Source of the DNA: Eledone cirrhosa
Lineage: Eukaryota
Length of the DNA stretch: 64,000 nt
Direction of reading: 5' to 3'
Assembly (NCBI GenBank): GCA_964016885.1
Contig: OZ024747.1
Coordinates: forward strand, 45,632,001 to 45,696,000
Under the pieces are notes generated by a model. It did not search any database. It was given only the letters and a program-made list of their open reading frames with translations, and was not told where the DNA came from. Of the stretch, positions 54,557 to 64,000 are shown one piece after another. Every line of letters starts with the position of its first letter. The stretch's first letter is position 1. A program made the position numbers and the translations under genes.

Positions 54557-55260
54557 TTCGGACGCCATGCTTTGCAGCATAGAGTTACGGCCCTTTGTGG
54601 TCTGAGTTCAGATCCCGCCGAGGTTAACTTTGCCTTTCATCCTAACGGGGTCGATAAAATAAAGTACCAGTAATACACTGGGATAATTGCTGGCCTTGTG
54701 CCAAAAGTAGAAACAATTATTAGGATTGCGAGGTTGACTTTGCCTTTCATCCTTACGGGGTCGATAAAATAAAGTACCAGTAATACACTGGTAATTGCTG
54801 GTCTTGTGCCAAATGTAGAAACAATTATTAGGATTAGCAGTATTGGTAGAGAGTCAGACACCATGCTTTCAGCATAGAGTTACGTCCTTTTACGGACTGA
54901 GTTCAAATCCCGCCGAGGTTAACTTTGCTTTCATCCTTACGGGGTCGATAAAATAAAGTACCAGTAATGTACTGGGATAATTGCTGGCCTTGTGCCAAAA
55001 GTAGAAACAATTATTAGGAAAATATTTAGGGCGGTGGATTGGCAGTATCAGTAGAGGGTCAACGTCATGCTTTGAAGCATAGAGTTACGGCCCTTTATGA
55101 TCTGAGTTCAAATACCGCCGAGGTTAACTTTGCCTTTCATCCTTACGGGGTCGATAAAATAAAGTACCAGTCACGTACTGGGCCTTTTAATAGACTTTCC
55201 CCTCCCCCAAAATTGCTGGCCTTGTGCCTATAAAAGAATCCATTATTAGGAAAATATTTA
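54557..55260 (+). mobile_element. Tandem cluster of four tRNA SINEs
   Basis: Copies at about 54557-54722, 54730-54830, 54835-55015 and 55028-55240, separated by attattagga. attattaggaaaatattta is duplicated around the last copy. Confidence 0.92.
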
Positions 55261-55505
55261 AATATAATGTAATATAATATAATATAATTGATAAATACAT
55301 AAACAAACAAAAGCAATATTTATTTGGGATTTACAGGCGGTAGTGGTTACAATAAAATTGTAACCACTACCGCCTGTATACTGTAATTGAATTGTAGGAG
55401 CTAAAATATTCATATATGTGTAACTCCACCTACATTTAACACATTCACGTCCATCTTCCCTCATTTTCTTTCTTCACGCCAACATTTTGACACACAAGCG
55501 AGCGC

Positions 55506-55535
<30 letters not shown>

Positions 55536-55536
<1 letters not shown>

Positions 55537-55734
55537 ACAAAGGAATTGTGGTAAGGAACCAGATGGACCATAACGCCCCAGAGTACTCTATCCTTAGGGT
55601 AGTAGAGTGGGAAATAGGAAAAAGTATGACCCCGACGGCAGATCTCAAGCCGTTTTGACGGCTATTTCTGGACTATTTTGTCCAGAAATAGCCGTCGAAA
55701 CGGCTTGAGCTCTGCTGTCGGGGTCATAATTTTC
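55536..55734. mobile_element. Family A asymmetric fold-back element in (TA)n
   Basis: Long arm on minus, short arm 55680-55734 on plus. Confidence 0.85.
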
Positions 55735-55769
55735 ATATATATATACTCAATGGAGAAATGATGATAAAA

Positions 55770-55805
<36 letters not shown>

Positions 55806-56124
55806 TTTTATCATCATTTCTCCATTGAGTCTCATAAAGTTCTCTTAAGAACAAAAACAATTGTTCTTACTGTTATAGCTGAAATGTTTATTGTCGACAT
55901 ATGTGAAAAGAGGGATGTGTATTTATTTCCCGTTCATACAAATTCCAACTGCTGACGTTAGTTTTCTTTCAGTAATCAAGAATTAATGATTTGTTCAATG
56001 TGGGTAGATTTAGTTCCATGATTCACTCATGTAATGTGTGTTATCTTGCATTATATGTTGTTATTAATATGTTCCAAAGTCTTTTCGATATTCGTCATAT
56101 ATGTATGTGTGTAGTATGTATCTA

Positions 56125-56660
56125 TGCCAAGAGATGGAGGGAGATTGTCGAATCCAAGCTAGCTGAAGAGCAGTGGGTTTCATTCCAGGTGCAGCAAAGT
56201 CGGATAAATATTCACACTGGGGCAGGTCTTTTTGTAGACCTCATTCAACGAGACCTGTTATGGACGGTTCTGCAGGAATAAAGGGAACGAGGGTCACCTT
56301 CTTGCTGCCCTGATGTCTGTATACGAATACCGGAGAATTTGTGTTCGGATAAATGATGCAAAATCGAAACCAGTGTATGTGGGAGTCGAACTCCGCCATG
56401 GGTGCGTACTGTCACCTCTCCTCTTCATTATCTAAATGAATAGGATTGGCATGCACAGCCGACCTGGAAGTGGTATCACTACTGGCCGGTGCAAAATCAG
56501 TCGATTGGTATTTGCAGACGACAGGCTGTTACTTAACTCGACAGAAGGTGAACTCCAGCTTGCACTTGATAGGTTTGATGCCCAATGCTGTTTGGCTGGA
56601 GTGAAAATGGGTGCTGCGTAAACTGACACTTGTTCTTTCAAGAAAGCCATCGCAGTGCAC
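56125..56660 (+). pseudogene. Degraded RTE-clade LINE reverse transcriptase fragment
   Basis: Frameshifted pieces VESKLAEEQ, FVDL, GVELRHGCVLSPLLFII and LVFADD. Confidence 0.8.
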
Positions 56661-56669
56661 ACTATGCGC

Positions 56670-56800
56670 AGATCTGCGTAAAATGTATCTGTTTCTTCCC
56701 GGGGACTTACAAGAGTTGGAGTGTAGACACTGACCAAAGTCTTAAAACGGTTAAAGTGGAGCGGTAATGCCATAATCCGATCGAAGATACCATGTAAATG
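56670..56800 (-). pseudogene. LINE (RTE-like) AP-endonuclease fragment
   Basis: TLVSVYTPTLVSPREETDTFYADLR resembles the YAPT...F(Y)..L motif of RTE endonucleases. Confidence 0.6.
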
Positions 56801-57864
56801 CTACGTCAGCTGTTGTGGCAGGAGGGTTCTTAGATCAAATCCGATTCCGACTTCATTACACCCATTTTATGGCCGATCTTTATAGAATAAGGTGTATCTT
56901 GGGTCTGGTTCCTCTAGCTGGCTATCGTCAGGTAGTCGTGTTTCAGAGTGAGCGACAATATCCAGTTGATGTTGATGGAACACCTTACAGATACAATAAT
57001 ACATACATATATACATATATAGTGTGTGTGCGTTCTTTTTTATGTGTGTGAGTGTATGTGATTGCGTGTCTTTGTTTACAGCAATAACAACAATTTGCAA
57101 CTCAATTCTCGTCTGCATTCTTGATTTCCCATTGATACTATTATCATGTTTTCACGCTCCACAAAATTAAGCTTTTATATAGAAAAATAAATACATTTCC
57201 GACTAAACAACTGCCTCTTGATACCTGTGATATTTGCTAGCATATATTGGTTTCCTTTGAAATTACATAAATGATCCATCATTCTCAGTTCTTTATTGAC
57301 ATAAGATGAAAGTCCACCATTGTTCCATTGGCGTGAACAAGCTGTGTTGGCGGCATATGATACAAAAATATGCTATCAGAATCTACACACACACAGGTAT
57401 TTAACCATTTCATGAGAATATATAGTAGTGTGATGTATCGATTACAAAAGAAAGAAACAAAACTCACCCATTGATTCCATCTCTATGAATCTCATTTCTT
57501 CAAAATAAACTTTTTACTTGATGTAGAATATCAAAGCCTGAACAAAATAATAGAACTTACATTCAATCTTTTCAACATTTTATTTTGCTGTCTATTTCTT
57601 TAGCGTCTTTTTTAATTTTGTCTGGGTTATACAATGATTCCAAAGTACTTTTCTTTGTTATATTGATACACATCAACAGGTATCAGAACAAGCCCGCTTT
57701 TAATCAATCAATTTGTCACATATATATATTGAGCTGCACAGAATTATTATGCAAATAGTTACCAGCCTTTTAAATTACAACGATGCTAGCTGTATGTCTT
57801 CTGTCATTGTATTGTCTTTTAAATCAAGATTGTTTTGATTATGTGTTTATCTTTCATTATGTAC

Positions 57865-58050
57865 GGTGGATTGGCGGTGTCGGTAGAGGGTCGGATGCCA
57901 TGCTTTGAAGCATAGAGTTACCTCCCTGTATGATCTGAGTTCAAATCCCGCCGAGGTTAACTTTGTCTTTCATCCTTCTGGGGTCGATAAAATAAAGTAC
58001 CAGTAATGCACTGGGTAATTGCTGGCCTTGTGCCAAAAGTAGAAACAATT
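57865..58050 (+). mobile_element. tRNA-derived SINE, near full length
   Basis: Same family. ttatgtacg is duplicated on both sides (TSD-like). Confidence 0.92.
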
Positions 58051-58135
58051 ATGTACGTATATCACACAAAACTCATATATATTATATATATATATTATAT
58101 ATATATATTATATATATATATATATATATAATATA

Positions 58136-58169
<34 letters not shown>

Positions 58170-58489
58170 TAATATATATATATATATATTATATATATAA
58201 TGTTTACGTGAAATAGTCTTTTTCAAGACTATACAGAGCATTTGTAGTTGTCCCAAATTGAAGGATGAGTATTTTAAACTTTATCTTATCATGAGTTAAG
58301 GCTCTATTGAGTTTTCCCTGGATTTCACTAAATTCTGTTGGATAAATCTATATCCTGATTCTTTTTGAATTGAGTTTGAATTATTTTTCCCACATCTTAC
58401 GTTAACTATTTTCCCATTTTGACGCTATAGTCACTTATATATTATGGAATACTGTTGGCTTCTTGCTACAATACTTTCTATACCTTTCA

Positions 58490-59274
<785 letters not shown>

Positions 59275-59275
<1 letters not shown>

Positions 59276-59375
59276 GCAAAATTTCTATTTAAATTGTTGG
59301 GATACAACAAGCAAATATTTTATAACTGATATAAAGCACTCGACAAGTATTTGGAGTAGATATACGATATTAATA
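59275..59375 (-). mobile_element. Isolated PLE 3' tail fragment
   Basis: Similar to 42183-42290 (tttataactgat..aaagcactcgacaagt..tggagta); embedded in (TA)n. Confidence 0.65.
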
Positions 59376-59413
59376 ATATATATATATAATATATATATAT
59401 ATATAATATATAT

Positions 59414-59515
<102 letters not shown>

Positions 59516-61439
59516 AGAGCTTGTGCATGTGTATAATGCGAGGATGATAAATGTTACATAATGTAAATAATCATTTACTAGTGATATTTTTTAATAATTA
59601 ATTAACAGGTAAAATGATAAATGGCCACCATTATTAATACTTCATTGTTCTAAAGATTGGTCTCGAAAAATGGCTCATTAAATTCACAAAACAATAATTG
59701 TCAAGCTATAAATAAAACTAGTTTCAGCCAACTATTTCCACGATAATATTTCTAAGCTTTTGTAGCTTTCAGAAAAGGAAGAAAATTCGTTCTTGGAAGA
59801 CAAAGAAAAACTGTTGTTATATGAAGAACAACAGCTGCTAAAACGAAACACAAAGCTGTCTTTAATGTTGTTGAGAAAGCTAAACAAATGAAACATTGAA
59901 GTGAAAGAAAACAGTGTCTGCATTATTGGCATGTAATTGACAACATGGCTTAATTATAGCGCATTGTTTTTACCAGAGCTTATACGTTCCAAATTAAAAC
60001 ACTATTTATTTCCAACAAGGTTTGCAGGAAAACTATTATAATATTTTGTAAGGAAAATATATACGAATCAATTTATGTTATTTCTGGAAGGCAATATATT
60101 TTTCAGGAATATCCATTGTTGCTATTGCATAGATAATTTTATTCTGATTCAGTGCCTGAGGATAAATAGTAAGACCAATTTCAGATTTAACTCATGCTTC
60201 TAAATTGATTAATACTTGAATGATGGGTTTGTAAAGAAAGCAGTCCAACTGCACTTATTTCGCTGATTGCAGCATCTATTATTGTCGTTATCTGAATTTA
60301 CTACTTGTACATTATTAAGTCTATTCTTTGACAGTAAATAACAAGATTTAGAGTAAATATTAGGGGAAGCGAATCTTTCTCCAATTAATATTAAGATGTG
60401 TAATCTGCAGAAAAAAATCACTTCGTGTGCTATGCTCTGAATGGTTTTGAAAAATAAAAGAAGTAAATTTTAATTTAGAATAATTAGAAAAGTGTCCACT
60501 TGATTTCTGTTTAAATTATTTCCTGCTAATCCATCAGTATTCAATCAGAAAAAGTATTTTGGTAAAACTGAATCTGTTGGAAACATAGATAAGAATGATA
60601 AAAAAATGTTTATCTATTATATTTGTCCAAAGTATTTTTATGGCTTGAATTGTTTAACTGCAGAGAACGTAAATGGCGTGTTGTCTCGTGGAATACTGTT
60701 GCTAATATAGAATTAGATGCAATGAAAAAAGTTTGATAAGTATATATTTTGTTCATTTTATCAAAAAGATAGAAACGTAAACTAATTTCTTAGAGGAAGC
60801 ATTCATTGTTCCGATATATTTTCCTTTTTTAAATATACAACAAAACAATAACGTAACGGATTAAGATAATTATAAGGTAATATAATGGAATCAGAGTTTG
60901 ATCATTTTATCTCTGGTAAAACCTGAAAAAAAGATTATTGCTACACACAGAAAGAGTCAATGTAAAAGTTAACATCATTATTGAAAACAGGATATAAAGA
61001 AAAGATTTTTTATCAATCTTCTATAACAAAAAAAATATATATATATAAAATGAAAGAAACTCTTTAGAAAAGTTGAGTTTAGAACTTGAATAGATTTTAA
61101 CTTTCTCTTCGAAAATCTTAACAATCTTGACTGTCCTGTTCTCTGCTAACTTAAACGTTTCTCTCTATTAAAGCTATTTCGAGGTATTTCGATGCTAAAT
61201 GTTACATCTACATGTTAAATTCTTCTCTAATTCATTTGGCATTGGAATGGCTATTTCAACGCATCTCACTCGCTTTCCTTCTAGTTAACACTTCTCCATT
61301 CTTCTCCTTAGGACTAAGAAGCGGTTCAAACCTGCGCTTTTGCACGCCAAGTAGCATTCTCCAAGTATATACCAATGAAGCAGTGATTGTGTAGGGTGCT
61401 AATATTTATGCTTATCACACACACACACTCTCTCTCTCT

Positions 61440-61505
<66 letters not shown>

Positions 61506-61507
61506 TT

Positions 61508-61540
<33 letters not shown>

Positions 61541-61709
61541 GTATGTGTGTATGTGTTTTTGTGTATGTGTATGTATATATATATGTAGGAGGTGATTAAT
61601 ATTGTAGAACAATAAAACTATGCATATATCAGATAAGTAGCACTCAACAGCTGGTAGAACTGGAGTATATATAAAGAAGAAATTAAAAGACGGTTAAAAA
61701 GGTTCAATA

Positions 61710-61779
61710 TATTTTATTATGCGCATTTCGAAAACAACATTATCCTGGGACAAAAATTGTGTTCTCATCAGATAAAATA
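61710..61779 (-). ncRNA. Type I hammerhead ribozyme motif
   Basis: Reverse complement: tattttat-CTGATGA-gaa..ttc-GAAA-tgcgca-TA-ataaaata. Confidence 0.82.
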
Positions 61780-62797
61780 AGGTAACATGATATGAGGCCT
61801 AAAAACACTTGTGAGAAGAGAAGAGAAAAAATAGGAAAAATGAAGAAAAGGAAAGAAGAAGGAAAAAGGAAAAAGAAATAGAAGAGAGGAAAAAAGAAAG
61901 AAAGAAGGAGGAGAGAGAAAGAGAGAGAGAGACTTTTGATCGGGAACGCTGTCAAAAATGAAAAACAGCTGTAAATAACGGCTAAAAAAATAAATAAATA
62001 AATTGATGAGGTGTATGTGCTAATATTACAAATATTAGAGGTCGAGACTATAGAAACCGGGTATATTATTTTATATTGAGTTTGAATACTAAAAATTAGA
62101 TTAAGAAGTGTAAAAATGTATTAATAAAATAAAATAAAATAAAATAAAATAAAATTAAATTAAATTTAAAATAATTATAATAATTATTAAAAAAGTTTTT
62201 TTTTAAATAAAATTAAATTAAATTAAATAAAATAAAATTAAATAAGATAGAATAGAATAAAAAATAAAAATAGGAATAGTCTATCTGTCAAAATTAAAAA
62301 TTACTATTAAAAATGTATATATGTGGGAATCCCGCCGAGGTTAACTTTGCCTTTAATCCTTACGGGGTCGATAAAATAAAGTACCAGTAATGTACTGGGT
62401 ATTTGCTGGCCTTGTGCCTAAAGTAGAAACAATTATTTTATATCAACAAGTAAATAAAGGAAATTGCTAGAAAGGTTTATAAACGTGGAAAGATATATGA
62501 CGTCATAGTTTGTTTACAAAATCTACGAAGGTTTGAACGCAAATTTAAGGCAATAGAGGAAAAAAGGTGAAAGGCTTTAAAATGCAGAGAAAATGGAATT
62601 AATACATTGTGGAATATAATGAAATATGTGAGAAAAAATGTGTGAAAAGATATATGTGTAAAAGATTAACCGTTATTCGTGGAATATGTTATAGGACGTT
62701 AGCTGTATACTTTGTGAAAGGCCTTAACAGATTTATGATTACAAAGACCAAATAAGTCTTGTTCACAAGTGTTTTTAGGCCTCATATCATGTTACAT

Positions 62798-62867
62798 TAT
62801 TTTATCTGATGAGAACACAATGTTTGTCACAGGATGATGTTGTTTTCGAAATGCGCATAATAAAATA
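62798..62867 (+). ncRNA. Type I hammerhead ribozyme motif
   Basis: tattttat-CTGATGA-gaacacaa..ttgttttc-GAAA-tgcgca-TA-ataaaata. 8-bp stem I, palindromic atgcgcat stem III, AUA triplet. Confidence 0.82.
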
Positions 62868-62955
62868 TATGGAACTTTTTTAACCATCTTTTAATTTCTT
62901 CTTTATATATATATAGGTATATGCGTGTGTGTGTGTATATATGTATATATATATT

Positions 62956-63013
<58 letters not shown>

Positions 63014-63097
63014 TATATATATATATATACACACACATATATATATATATATTAGAATATAAATATTAATAAAATAGATGTTCTTTTGATCAATTAC

Positions 63098-63150
63098 ATT
63101 TTATTATACATATTTCGGATGTACAACAGTACGTCCTCATCAGACAAAAT
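63098..63150 (-). ncRNA. Type I hammerhead ribozyme motif
   Basis: Reverse complement: attttgt-CTGATGA-gga c gtac tgtt gtac a tcc-GAAA-tatgta-TA-ataaaat. Probably the terminus of an AT-rich PLE-like element extending to the window end. Confidence 0.78.
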
Positions 63151-64000
63151 ATAATGATCCATGACATACCCTGAGATGTTAAATGGTTAAGATTTAATCA
63201 AGGTAGTGATTAACCTAAGAGAAAATTTAACATTTATACCCTAATAATGAGAAAATGCGAACACGTAATAAATTCAATAGAGAATGTGTGAGTAAGAAAA
63301 ACGTTGCTTAATGTACCAGTTATAGAGATTTTAATATGTATGATACTACAATTTATCTAGGAAAGCATTTCATGAATTATAACAGTCAGTGAGAGAAGGG
63401 GGTAATGTATGCAGAAGGAGATTTTTTTCCGAAAGTTAAACGGTTAAGTTTGAAAATATTTAATTTATGTTATCTTAGGGTGAAGAATCAATATTTTTTT
63501 TTTTTTTTTTTTAATTGGTGGTTATTTATATATTAGTTTTGTAAATTTTATAAGTGTGTTAACATTTCTAAGCTTCTGAATTTTTTGAGGATAACATTTA
63601 AAGGATTTAGCTGGCCATTAATAAGAAAAGTTTACACTGTTGAATATTTTCCTAAAATGAAGATAATCATTGTAAACGTATTAGGTATGTAAAACTTTTG
63701 AAGTACTTATTGTTAGAAATATTTAAATAACGGTTATGTATATAGATATATATTAATTAATTAATGAGCCAGTATATTTTAGGTAAATGATGACGAAAAT
63801 AAAAATAAAATAATAGATTGAGGCATGTTAAAGTTAAATATATACCTATATATAACAGAGTGTGAATGTATTAATTATTCCCAGCCCAAAGTAAAAACGA
63901 TCAAACAATTTAGAAGTTAACTGAAAATGATGTATAGAAAGATTCAGGGAGTTATATATGGATATATATTAGGTATTAGTGATACAGTATCCTTTAGGTA

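Larger units (their letters stand above)
61595..62908. mobile_element. Inverted-arm element with a hammerhead in each arm and a nested SINE (62328-62435)
   Basis: Arms 61665-61814 and 62763-62908. The left arm has an extra tail with an actc..gagt hairpin. Confidence 0.85.

Noticed and set aside
59570-60950. Possible host exons or decayed gene (also 35440-35900)
   Set aside because: Short ORFs with stops, no recognisable domain and no clear splice-bounded frame.
63200-64000. GIY-YIG coding remnant upstream of the 63098 hammerhead
   Set aside because: Expected by position, but I could not recover diagnostic residues by eye.

Overview
AT-rich, microsatellite-saturated eukaryotic non-coding DNA. 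The SINE families resemble those of octopod cephalopods (inference from recalled repeat sequences). I can support no host protein-coding gene; almost all ORFs in the track are translations of (TA)n/(CA)n/(ATC)n repeats. Main content: (1) a ~17 kb, 33-bp tandem satellite (~3099-20052, about 514 units) with higher-order blocks, flanked by a diverged inverted repeat that contains degenerate proto-monomers; (2) many tRNA-derived SINEs, often in same-site tandem arrays; (3) a full-length IR/DR Tc1 transposon whose DD34E transposase has only two nonsense mutations; (4) an internally deleted mariner; (5) Penelope-like (PLE), RTE and L1/Tx1-like LINE remnants and a ~600-bp RTE-derived non-autonomous element. 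Most notable is a swarm of short, mutually unrelated elements inserted in (TA)n tracts. They carry minimal type I hammerhead ribozyme folds (a dozen or more motifs, read by eye), are often arranged as asymmetric inverted pairs, and share a covarying ACTC...GAGT hairpin in the 3' tail that sits just past the end of the short arm. All folds and alignments were done by eye and need computational and experimental confirmation.
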